Both the position numbers and the translations under genes were made by a program. Under the pieces are notes generated by a model that had not been told where the DNA came from, ran no database searches, and saw only the letters and a program-made list of their open reading frames with translations. A stretch of DNA of 63,724 nucleotides, the filler included, from Rhizaria sp. SCN 62-66 (taxonomy: Eukaryota), in the NCBI GenBank assembly GCA_001724265.1. It is 3 parts of 3 records of this genome, joined end to end, with 100 filler letters (N's around TTAATTAATTAA, not from the genome) between each part and the next. Parts side by side here need not be neighbours in the genome. Positions count along the whole stretch, not along the records: positions 22,699 to 45,291 come from MEDY01000438.1; 2 more parts are not named here. The stretch is one strand, 5' to 3'. This document shows, piece by piece, positions 23,410-35,315 of this stretch (position 1 is its first letter; each line of letters starts with the position of its first letter).

Positions 23410-26400
23410 TCACACGTTGCCGAGCGCGCCGCCGTAGCTCCCGCCGTAGCCGGCGGCGTCGATGCTGGGGTTGGCGGCTGTGCCGACCATGGCCAGGTGC
23501 AAGTAGCGCAGCACGACGTCGTCACCCCAGCGCGCCATCCGCACCAGCGGCGCCGCGGCACCCGCCAGCCGCACCGCGGGCTCGCGCGCCTTGGCCTCGG
23601 CTAGCTTCGCGCGCAACGCGGCCGGGTCGTCGCTGTCGCTGTCACCGTCGGAGTCCTCCTCCAGCGCGGTGAAGCTGCTCCGGTTAGCCATCGAGCTGCC
23701 CCGGGACCGGCTGCCGCCCGCCGCGCCACCCGCGCCGCCGCCGCGGAGGCTCGCGCTCGTCCCCGGGGCGCTACTGCGGGCGCCACTCGGCACGCCGCCC
23801 GTGGCAAAGGCTGGCGCCGTGGCTGCGTTGTAGCAGCGCGCGCCGCGGTCGCGTCTGGCGTCGTCGTCGCAGTCGTCGTCGTCGCTGCAGCCCTCGCCAC
23901 CGCAGCCGTCGTCGTTGCCGTCCAGGTCCAGGTCCTCGTACCCGTGGAGGTTGCCGCTCTCAGTCGCACGCGCGGTCGCACCGGCGCCGCCCGCGCTGCC
24001 ACCGTTGGCGAGCGCGACCGCGGCGCGGTAGCGGGCGCAGAGCGTCCGGAAGCCGCGGTACCATTTGCGCCAGGCGCGGCGCTGCTGCTCGTGCGAGCGG
24101 GCAAGCGCGGCGAGCGTGGCCAGGGCCTTGCCAAACACGGCCGCGTGCGAGAGGTCGTGAAACAGCAGCGAGGAGATGGCGGGTATGATGCTCGTCGCGG
24201 GCACCGTCGGCAGCGGCACGGCCTCCGCGGCCGGCGCAGCTACCGGGCTCGCCCTGAGAGTGGTGGTGGCGGCGTCTCTCATGCCGCTGTGCACTGGGCT
24301 TGCGTGTTCGGTCGGGCTCAGCGGGGTGGTGAACGTCGTGTTGCCGCCCTGCACGCGCATCTCGATGTCGCTGCTGTGCGCCGCCTTGTTGCTGCTGCTG
24401 CTGAGATTGACAGCAGAGGCAGTGGCAGCGTCAGCAGCAACGGTGCTCATGTTGCTGTTGTTGTTATTGTTATTGCTGATGTTACCGTTGAGGTCGATCT
24501 GGCTCTGCCGGCGGCTGCTGTGCGCGCTCGTCCTGACGGCATTCTCAGTCTCGCCCAGCAGGAAGCGCATGATGCGCGTCTTGAGCCCGACAAAGAGGTA
24601 CACAACGACGTCTTTGTTGCGGTTGAGCAGGCGCTTCATCATGGTCAGCGACGTGATGTCGACGCTGTTGATGCCGTGCGCGTTTATCACCGTGACCAGC
24701 CGCAGCCCCGCGGGCAGCGCGCTGCGCCAGCGCACGGCCGCGCGCTGCGCAGTCAGCGAGTCGGGCGGGAAGATGTGCTCGGGGCGCAGCGCGAGCGCCG
24801 ACGGGGACCGGAACAGGAACGGAGCGCTGCCGCCGCCGCCGCCGCTGCTGCTGCTATCGAGAGTCGAGCCGCTGGGGATGTGCAGAGAGAGCGCGCCGTT
24901 GGCAGCGTTGGCGTTGCTCTTGTTGCTGTTGTTGTTGATGATGCGCAGCGAGCTGCTGGGGGTGCGGCCGAGCGGCAGCGTGCCATGCTGTTGTTGGTCC
25001 TCGCTCGTCTCGTCGTCGCCGTGGGCGTCACCGCGGGGGCCGCCGTGGACCGCAACAGCGCCGGCGTCCTCTGCGGTACCAGCATTACCAGCGGAAGGAT
25101 TGGGGGCCGCAGAAGTCTTGCCAGCAGCGGCGTTAGCGATCTTCCTGCTGCTGTCGACAGCGTTCTTCTTGTTGCGCTTCGCATTCGCCTTGGTGTTGGG
25201 CTGGTTGCTCGCAGCATAATACGGGTGGGACCCGTACGTGCGGCTATTGTGCGCAGCAACGGCGGCCGCGGCCGCGGCGGCCGCGGCGAAGGCGGTGTCG
25301 AGCGTGGCCATCAGCTCCTGCTTGCACTTGAGGGCGACGTTATTTACGCTCACAACAGATAGACTTCCGGAGTTGTCGCTGTTGCTGTTGTTGAGGGCGC
25401 TGCGCTTGGGGTTGTGTGCGGTGTGAGCCGCTGTCGTGTTGTGCGCGGCAGCAATAGCGTCCTCGGCGGCTTCGAGCGATCTCAACAGAGCGAGCTTTCT
25501 ATCGACGAGACCAGTCAGCTTGGCGTAGAAAAAGTCCTGGTTCGCGAAGTGAAGCCTACAAAAGTGCAAGAAGAAAACATGGAATACAAGTGCGAGTGCT
25601 ATCAACGTTTTCATAAAATGAAAAGAAAAGACAAAATAGACTCAAATAAATCTCAAATATGTCTAACTACTACAGTTTCATTCAAGAATAAGCACTGCGA
25701 AGATTAGATAACGTACCGTGCGTCGAAGCGGAAGACGAGGAGGCTGGGGTCGTCGCGCGCCTCTGGATACTTCTCGACGGACTTGAACTGTTCGGTGCCG
25801 GGGAGGCGGCCCAGGACGCGCGTGCCGGGGCGCGCGGTGTGGAAGAGCAGGACGATGATGGAGATGGCAAAGGCGGCGATGACGCCCCACTGCGAGTCGA
25901 CAGCTAGCGTGACGAGGAAGGGGACAAGGTACGACACGGACTCGATCGGGGACACAAACCAGAGGTGGTAGGAGTAGGGCAGCTCCATGAGCATGCCGCG
26001 GAAGCTGGAAATGACGACGGAGGACAGGATGGCCTTGGGCAGGTGGAACAACAGCGGACCAGCGACCATGACGCAGAGCAGCACGACCGTGGCCAGGAAG
26101 AGGTTCCAGAGGATCGTCGCGGGCTTGAGCTGGTTGGTGACGGCGGAGCGTGAGAGCGACACGCACGGCATGTAAGCCGAGAACATCGACCCGACCATGG
26201 CGGACACCCCCAGCGCACGCATCTCCTGGTCGGGACTGATGGTGTAGCCGTTCTGCGCCGCGATCTGCTGCGAAGTCGCCACCGAGACGATGTCCACCAC
26301 GAGCGCAAGGATTAACGCGCCGCCGATCTGAGAGGCGAAAGAGCCCAACTTGGGAAACTGCGGCGTGGGAAAGCCGTCCTTGATCTTGCCGACAATGCCG

Positions 26401-27617
26401 ACGTCGAAGTTGTCGTGGAAACCCGCCAGGTAGGAGATGAGCGTGGCGACGATGATGAGCAGGATCTGCGACGGGATGGGCTTCTTGAGCTTGCGGCGCT
26501 TGGCCCAGATGTCGATATACATCAGCACGGACGTGGCAATAAGCCCAATAAGCAGCGCGGCAACGTTAGTATTGTTGATGTGGCCGAAGATGCGGATCCA
26601 CGCCTCAAAGAAAGACGCGTCGGCCGCGAGCTTGATCTGGAAGAAAGCTGAGGCCTGCGACGTGATGATGTTGAGCGCGCTGGCCATAAGAAAGCCCTTG
26701 ACAGCGGGCTCGGAGATAAGGCTGGAGATCCACCCGCAGCGCAGCAGCCCGAGGAGCGCGAGCAGCATGCCCGCCCAGAAGGAAAAGGACAGCGCGCCCT
26801 CGAGCACGAGCGCCGTGATTTCAGCCTGGTCCGTCATGCTCGCGATCTCGGGGAACGCCGAGAGGATCTGCTGGCCCAGGATCAGCGACGCTACGGCAAA
26901 CGGGCCGACCGAGGCCTCAGTCGACGTCCCCATCATCGTGTACATGATCACGGGGAAGAAGGACGCGTACAGCCCGTACTCGGCCGGAAGCCCGACCAGC
27001 GGCGCGTACGACAGGCCCTGAGGGATCATGATGACCGCGAGCGTGAGCCCTGTCAGCACGTCGCGCTGCAAGTGCGCAAACGAGTAGCTGTTGCGGAAGT
27101 CGTAGCCGAAGATGGGGAACGTGCCCTTGATCACGTCCGCGGCGGTGAGCGAACTGAAGTACTGGGACGCGCTGCGGCGGAACGAAGTCCACGCAGTGGG
27201 CTGCTGGCGCGAAACGAAGCGGGACGAGAACTCCGACGCCGTGGACATAATCGTGTTAATCTCAACGCCCCCGTTGACGCCGCCGACGGCGCAGTCCGCG
27301 CTGCTGCTGCCGTGGAGCGCGGCGTCGTGGTAGCTGCGCGGGGAGAGAGAGACCGCGGCATCGTCGTCGTCGTCGTCGTCGTCGTCGCTGTCGTAGCCGT
27401 AACGGCTGTCGGGACTGGGGGCGGCAGCGGGGTACGAGGCGTTGCTGGCAGTAGTCTTGGCGCTGTTGTTGCTGGGGATCGCGGCGCTGTTGTTGGTCAC
27501 AGTCGCGGTTGAGTTTGTGTTCGGGATGGCGCTGTTGCTGGGAAGCGATGCAGAAACGGGGATTTGCTGCGGATGTGCGCCGTCTTCAGCGGCAGGAGTG
27601 CCAGATGCGGGCTCCAT
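23410..27617 (-). CDS. SulP/SLC26 sulfate/anion transporter with STAS domain
   Basis: Exons 27617-25717 and 25555-23410. DVLTGLTLAVIMIPQGLSYAPLVGLPAEYGLY, SVGPFAV, SLSRSAV, LGRLPGT, FRFDAR|LHFANQDFF, VINAHGINSVDITSL. Stop TGA. Confidence 0.93.
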
Positions 27618-28092
27618 GTGATGTGTAGGAGCCGGCAAACGGCAGGGCAGAGCTTAGAGCTGCGGTGGTGCTGCGCGAGACCAGCTCGGAGCGAAGGGAC
27701 TTGCCGGGTGTTGCGGTACTGCGAGCGGGACGCAGATTGAGTGGTGTTTGATGATAACAAGTGTGCAAGAGTGCTAGGTCATAAAAAACGTAGAAAATAA
27801 CAATTTAAATCAAGTAGCCATGAAGAACGAGTGAGATTTGCGAAATATATGGTGGTTATGAAGCGAAGAGTCGAGGTCTGGGTGAGAGCGCGAGACTGTG
27901 GTCATGAGCAAATGATGAATGCAGATACAGCGGCCAAGATCGGCTCTGATTTAAAAGGAAATAAATATAAATACATAAAAACACGCTTTTTCCCAAAAAA
28001 CGGTTAAAATGACGACAATGACGATCTAGAAACCGCCAGATGCACTTGTAAACCTGACTTAACAGCCGATTGTGGTTGAGATGCATTGAGGC

Positions 28093-28117
28093 ACGCCTCG
28101 TCTCGTCAGTCCAGTCC
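28093..28117. promoter_or_regulatory. Candidate promoter motifs in the divergent SulP/GYF intergenic region
   Basis: ACGCCTCGTCTCGTC (28093-28107) also occurs at 11219-11233, and GTCAGTCCAGTCC (28105-28117) also occurs at 34353-34365. All copies lie in head-to-head intergenic regions. Confidence 0.4.
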
Positions 28118-28446
28118 GGTCAATTTTTGACGAACCGCCTTTGATGGCGCTGCTGGCCACAACAGCACTGCAACAGTCAGCAAGCGAACACATAAAGATG
28201 CCGTGAATAAAGGGGTCGCAGCGATCGTGAGACGCTGTCAAAGTCACGTGCGACCTCGTATCGGTCGAGTTCTACACTTAATCAATTTTGTAAATTAAAC
28301 ATATTCTTCCAAGGACATTCTATCTAGTCCACGCGACTGCACCTACTATCCGCTTCGCCCAGCCTGCCGCCCTGGCTCACCTTCCCACTCTCTCTCGATC
28401 CCTCGACCACACACTCACTGCTGCGCTCTGCCTGCTGCTGCACAGA

Positions 28447-30759
28447 ATGTCCCAGCCCAGCGACGCCTCGCGCGGGGGCAAGTACGTTCCCCCGCGCGCC
28501 CGCGACGTCACCGACGACGGATTCACCCTCGTCGCAAACACCCGCCGCAACGCTCCCCGTAACAACAGTAGCAATCCTAGCGACAGCAGCAGCAACGCGA
28601 CTGCCTCTGCCTCTGCCGGTGGCGCCCCTAGTGGTAGTCGCTTCACGCGTCCCACCTCCGGCGCCGCCACCCGCCGCCCCAACAACAGCAACAGCAGCGG
28701 TAGCAGCAGCTCTCACAACGCCGCTGCGAGTGGCGCCAACGCCCACGCAAGCTCCGCCGCCGCCTCCGGCAGCACTAGCGGCGCTGCCGCGGTGATCGCG
28801 CTGACCGCGGCGGCGTCCCCGTCGCTTGGCGCAGCGTCCCCGCCCTACGCGGCGTCGGATGTGCGCTCGCTGGTGCACTACGAGTCCGCCACCGCCACCT
28901 CCCCGCCCATCGGCGCCACGCTCGCGCCTTACGCCATGGGCGAGGTCAACCCGACGAAGCCGATGTACACGCGCGCGCAGATGCTCGGCATCTACACTAG
29001 CATTGCCTCGAGCGTGCCCGCCGCCGTCGCACCCGTCGCGGCCGACTCGGCCGACAGCAACGCCAACGCCAACGCCAACGCCGCCACGATGCTGATCGCG
29101 AGCGCCGACAGCGCGCGCATCCCACTGCTGTCGACGTACGCGCCCGAGAGCCTGGCCGCGCTGCCCGACGTCGTCTCTGCGCTGGCGCTGCCGCCCGCGC
29201 TGCTCCTCCCCGAGCCCGCGCAGTCGCGGCTCCGCGGCGCGCAGCGCTCGACCGCGGGCGCGCACGGCGCTCACGGTCACCTGCCGACGGGCAAGTCGCC
29301 CGCAGTGCGCCCCCGCGGCGCCTCGGCTGCGCCCTCACCGTGGCTCGCCGCCGCCACCCCCGCCGCGCAGAGCAACCAGAACGCAACCGCCCACAGTCAG
29401 GCTCACAACAACGGTCAGCAGCAGGCGGTGGCGAGTGGGTTCGGTGCCTCTCTGTCGCACCTCGCTCCCTCTCAACAACAGCTCAAGCAGCAGCAGCAGC
29501 AGCGGCAGGTCGACTCTCTCTCCGCTTTCTCGCTCGATAACAGCAGCAGCGCCGGCCTGGCCGGGCTCCCTGCGGCCGCCAGCGGCGCCATGTTCCCGCA
29601 GCTGGGCGCCCCCGAGCTCACGATGGGCTTCTCGGCCATGTCCATCGGCTCGGCCGCCGGCTCTACGCCGGGTTCGGTCACTCACGGTCTCAACCTCGAC
29701 CTCGGCCAGTCTCCGCAGCAGCCGCTGCAGTCGCTCCAGTCGCTCCAGAGCATGGCGGGGCACGGCATGGGGATCTTCCCCATGGGTGCGGGCCTGCTCA
29801 GCAGCGGCGGCGTGCCCGGCAGCGCCGAGACGCTTTATGCGGCGGCTTTCCACCCGGCGACGCCCCCCGCCGAGGCGCTGGCGCTTCTCTTCGGTCCCGC
29901 CGCCAGCCCGCTGTCGCCCCCCGCCGCGCAGTTCATCCTCACCTCGGCCCGCATCCTGCGCCACGGCCGCGAGCTCTACGCGCGCACCATGCTCGCCTCG
30001 CGCGGCGCGCCCGCGGTCGAGGCGCTGGGCACGGTGCTGCAGACGCTTGCCACCATGCTCACGCGGCTCCCGCGCCCGCGCTTCGGGCCCAGCGCCGTCA
30101 TGGCCGCCATCACCTACGCCGCGACCGTGCAGCAGCACGAGCTTGCGGGGCTCGTCCCGCCCACCGCGGCCTTCCCGCCCGAGGCGCTTGCGGCCGCCGC
30201 GGAGGCTGGCTGGCGCTACCGCGACCCCGTTGGGGCCATCCAGGTGCGTTCTCTTTCCTCTCATCAACCCAACACTTCTTTAAGTTCTTTTGAGGGCAAA
30301 GATAACTTTATTATTCGTATTTGACAATTTGATGTGGTGCTATGTTGAATTCCTAAATTAAATTCTGCTGCTTCACTTCAATTTACGTTCATTATATGGC
30401 GATATACTCATCACATCTTGTCCCCTTGCTTTACTCTTTGCTTTGCTCAGGGCCCGTTCCCGTCGGCGTCGATGGCCGAGTGGTGGGAGCAGCGCTACTT
30501 TCCGCACGACCTGCCCCTGCAGCTGGACGACAACGACCTGATCCCACTGGACGTGTGGTTCATCCACGGCCTGCCCGCCTTCCTGCCCGAGGTGCCCCCG
30601 GCGTTCCTGCCCTACGCCGCCGTTACGGCTGAGGTCGCGGCCTTCATGGCCGAGCTCAACCAGCAGATCCACCGCGCCACGGTCATGCAGATGCAGCAGC
30701 AACAGCAGCAGATGTTCAACATGAACAGTCTGGTCATGCAGCAGCAGCAGCCTCAGCCC

Positions 30760-30792
<33 letters not shown>

Positions 30793-31325
30793 TCCCAGGC
30801 CCCGCCTGCTGCTCAGTCCGTGCAGAGTGTGATCTCCCCGCTTAAGATGCCGCAGCCGGGCACCGGCCAGACCATGGCCGGCATGCTCTCCAAGAAGCTC
30901 GGCGTCACCGCCAGCACCAGCGCGCTCCCACAGTCTCAGTCTGGCTCGAGCTCCGGTGACGCCATCTCGCCCTCTAGCGCCAACGCCTTCGCGGGCGCCG
31001 CAGTGCCCGCCGACGACGACGACGATGATGATGACGTCATCGGCAACCGCCTGCCGCAGCCGGTGCAGTACGACTCGCTGGCGGGGCTGTCGCTGGGGCG
31101 CATTCCCAGCGACGACGCCGACGCGGCCTCCGCGCCCACCTACCGCGCCGCGCAGCAGCTGCAGCAGCAGCAGCAACAGGCTCAGCCGCAGCGCGGCGGC
31201 GAGGACGACGCCAAGACTGCCGCCGCCACTGCGCAGCAGCAGCAGCAGCAGCGCGAGCAACAGGCGGCGCTGGCGGCGGCGCGCGAGGCTGCCAAGGTCG
31301 CTCAGCGCGAACGCGAGCTGAAGCA

Positions 31326-31369
<44 letters not shown>

Positions 31370-32940
31370 CTAAGTCTGCCAAGGCTACTGCGGCTACCGC
31401 AAAGCCCGCTGCGACTGTCCCTGCTGCCACTGCGGCTGCTGCGGAGCCCAAGGTTGATAAGGTTTTGGAGGCGGCCCTGCGGAGCGCGTGGGCAGCCCCG
31501 AAGCCCCCGGCGACGGCTGACGCAGGCAAGTCGTTCGCCGAGCTGCAGCGCGAGGAAGAGGACCGGATGCTCGCCGCGCGCCGCCAGCGCATGGAGGCCG
31601 AGGCCGCCGCCAAGGCGCGCGCGCAGGCCGAGGGCAGCGTCTCGATTGCTGCACTTATTGCCGGCAACGCTGGAGCCGGTGCCAACTCCAGCGGCAGCGG
31701 CTGGGGCGTCCTGTCGCAGTCGCATGCGACCGGTGCGAGTGGCGCGGCCGCGCCGCCCGGCGGCTTCCCCGCGCTCGGCGGCGGCGCCAGCGCAAAGCAG
31801 CAAAAGCAATCCGGCGCTGCTGCTGCTGCTGCTGTTGTCGGCGGCAGCGCCAATAGCGTCAAGCCCCCGGTCTCGCTCGCCTCCCTTGTCACCCCCGCCA
31901 AGGCTCCCCGCACCCCCGCCGCCGCCGCCGCCGCCGCCACCGGCGCCGGCGCCGGCTCTGGCTACAGCGGTCTGGCGGCGGCGTCCCCCGCGTCGTCGCT
32001 GACGGCGATCTCGCAGGCGCAGCGCGTGGGACTGGCTCTGGGCCGGCCGACGATCCCGCCGCCCGTGGCCGCCGCCATCCCGCGTCAGGTCCTCACGCCG
32101 GCACACGCGCATCGCAGCGTCTTGGGCCACGCGCCCCTCGACGGCGACGACGACGGCGACAGCGGCTTCGCGCGCGAGCTGTACGGCGGCGGCGGGGGCG
32201 CGTTCTGGGAGAGCGCTCCGACCGTCGAAGGCATCAACGCTAGCGCCAGCGCGGGCACGCCGAAGGCTGGGAACAAGACTGTCTCTGCTGCTTCCGCTGC
32301 GACTACGCCCGCGCAGAGCGCCAAGGCCAAGAAGGCTGCGACGGCGAAGCGGAGCTGGCACATGTCGGCCGAGATGTGCGCGTGGAGCAACAGCGCGCTG
32401 GCAGCGCTTACGGGGCTCGACGACAACGCCGCGTTCCACGAGTACTTGCAATCGCTGTCCTCTGACACGCTCGTCTACGACGCGATCGTGGCCAACACCG
32501 GCGACGTGGCGTTCGCGGAGGAGTTCCTGACGCACAAGGAGTTCGACAGCTGTGCTGAGAAGGTCGGCAGCGCAGGCGCGCCCGCTGCCGCCGCCGCGAC
32601 CGCGACCGGCGCCGCGGCGGCCGGGGGCCAGCAGAACAAGAGCAAAAAGCAGCTGCAGCAGGAGGCTGCGGCGGCGGCGGCGGCGGCGGCGGCGGCTGCG
32701 GCGGCGGCCAGTAAGGCCAAGGCCGCCGCAAAGGCGCAGGCGGCCAAGTCGAGCGCGTTTGCCTTGCTCGGCGACACCACCGACGAGGAGGAGGGCGAGG
32801 ACGCCGCCGCTGCAGCTGCTGCTGCTGCTGCTGCCGCCGCTGCGGCTGCTGCGAAGGGTGGCAAGGGCCAGCAGCAGGGCCAGCAGGGGCAGGGCAAGAA
32901 GAAGAAGGACGACTGGTTCAAGAGCAACAAGCGTAAGTAA
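28447..32940 (+). CDS. GIGYF/Smy2-like GYF-domain protein
   Basis: Exons 28447-30243 and 30451-32940. GYF domain spans the intron (WRYRDPVGAIQ|GPFPSASMAEWWEQRYFPHDL). N-terminal YTRAQML; KSFAELQREEE; C-terminal FHEYLQSL..VYDAIVANTGDVAFAEEFL. Stop TAA. Confidence 0.82.
31324..31368 (+). repeat. (CAG)n tract encoding poly-Gln
   Basis: Near-pure CAG run inside the GYF gene. Confidence 0.85.
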
Positions 32941-33551
32941 GCACTTTGACGAAATGTGTTCAGTCGCCGACGTCAACTAGCTACGTGTTTTAACTCCTTT
33001 TTTATTGCGGTGTTTAAAACAGTAATTTTTGAATAAATCTGTATAGTTGAACATCTCCGCCAGTAATAACAATGTTAGCTACGTCTGATTCGTCGGCCGT
33101 AAGACTCGCACAAGCACACCAGAAAAAGCAATGTGTTCCCCATATAAAAAGCTGCCTGAGCTACGTTGTGGCTGCTATGACGAGGAGTTCGTCGCGAACA
33201 ATTCGTCACTGGTCATTGATTCCTTCACTAGTTATGTTGTCTCACGTTGTTGATCATGCGACTCGACTCTTGTTGATATAAGAAGTTGATACAAATATAA
33301 ATTATGATTCTATTGATACGGATAATACTAAAGAAAATTGTAAAATAAACGAAAGTTAAGCCGAAACAGGCTCGTGATTAAGTGACTAAAAAACGCGTGA
33401 AAACTTAACCCACAAAAGCCCACTTAACATCTTCCCACTCCTCGCGTGAAAGCTGTACACGCAGCAGCCGCGATCGTTTGCCTGCAAAGCCATTGAGAGA
33501 ACTAATGCTGATGTTAATGTTTTTGTTGGTTTGTTGTGATTGTGGTTTTGC

Positions 33552-34184
33552 TTAAAGCACGCGGTCAGCGGCCTTGGCGAAGAGATTGCGAATGTTGTGG
33601 TTCCAGCCCTGCTTGAGCGTGCGGCCCGACGTCTCCACGGGCTCGGCCTCGCCGGTGATCCAGTTCGGACGCGTCGCCTTAATCTGCGCGGCGCAGCGTG
33701 CAGCGTGACGCAGTCGAGAGAGACGGAGATGAGGAACGTGGCGAACGAGAGCGAGTAAGAGTAGAAGAGAGAAGATTAGAAAGGGAAAGAGGAAGGTCAG
33801 ACAGTTGACCAGGACGAGGAAAAGCGAGAGCTAGGATAGATACAAAGCGGTGTTATGAATGGCGTGTGTGTGGTTATGCGATGAAATATAGGAGTTGTAG
33901 AGCGGCCAGGAATGCAACGTACGGAGGACTGGGCGCGGAGGTTGGGCTGGATGTCGTAGTGGAGGCGGGAAACGCGGTTGGCGACGTCCTGGTAAGAGGC
34001 AGCCATCTGTGAAACAGCAAAACATGTACAAATAAAGAAAGGTAAGAGGCATGTGTGTGTGACAGCGCCTGAATGTAGGATCGAGAGGTGAATGGAATGG
34101 GGAACGTACGTCCTTGAAGGTGACCGCGTACATGACGGCGGAGCAAGCCACGCCGAAGGCAAAGTTCTGCAACCGGGCCTGCAT
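33552..34184 (-). CDS. Small membrane protein (96 aa), probable MICOS Mic12/Mic13(QIL1) family
   Basis: Three phase-0 exons (34184-34110, 34006-33923, 33683-33552) with GTACGT..CAG introns. N-terminal TM (NFAFGVACSAVMYAVTF) and C-terminal LKQGWNHNIRNLF (K..WN..I motif). Stop TAA. Confidence 0.6.
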
Positions 34185-35315
34185 CTAAGCTCTCAACAAA
34201 ATAATAAAAACAAATGTTCGGGTTGTAAATGGGAAATGAGTCACATAATCACTGACGGATGTTTGGAGTCCAGAATTCGATTGCCAAGTGAGGCTCGACA
34301 AACAGTCGGCCGCCCATCATCACGTTGCTTCAGTCGCCACGGTTCGCAAAAAGTCAGTCCAGTCCAAGGTCCAATATAAGTCAAATTAAATGCATACATC
34401 ACGTATACATTCTTATTATTACAATATGACATAAATGAATGCTAGTGTGCACATAGTTATCTTATCTCACTTTATTTTATTGTAAAAATGGTTTATTTAT
34501 TCCGGTATATCGATGGTTAGACTAGACCGCAGTCTGTCACAATGATACACTTGAATAATGACAATACAGGAAGAACAAAGCATAAATCGGCAAATAGTCG
34601 AAACACATAGCGAAAAACGTAACATCTTTACGGGTGAGCAGTAAAAATGAAACTAAGGCGGGATTCACTCTTGCGAAGGTTGACTGTGAGCAAAGACCTC
34701 CACAACAAAGCGAGTCTGGCCTTGGCACGCATTTCCAATTACTGATGCATCACTTGAACGCATCGTCAAACTCATTTAAAACACAGTATGTATAATTATT
34801 TTGATTTGAAGTACTGCGTATTTTAACGACATTTGATGATGCTGCAAGGATCCGCAAAATATAACTCAACTTCAAGTCGTCGCCGTGCTATGTTGTTGCT
34901 GCTCAGCGCATGTCGTTTCGAGTCGTTTTAACTGCGCAATAAGCCCACTTCTAAGGATCAGCACACTTGAAATTAGAACACCCAACATATGTATCAAATG
35001 TAACTTTGTGATCCATCTTTAGTCTCAACGTTTTCGCTCACATTCGCTCCTTTCATTCTCTACTCCCCCCCTCCACAACAACAAACTGTCGCTCGTTTTA
35101 TCGTTGTGCTAATCCTTTGTATTCCATCGTGTGCTGTCCAGTTTTCCCCTAAAGTACTCGCTGTTGCGGAAATTACCCCTGGGATTGCGTTATAATCCTA
35201 TCGCTTAACAGCTGTGCGCCGACGCCAAAAGTACATCAGTGCAAGCCACACTTGATCACACCGCCCTTGCCGAAGCGCGCCTCAGACCGCCTTTTGCGTC
35301 TGCCCCTCCGCCGCA

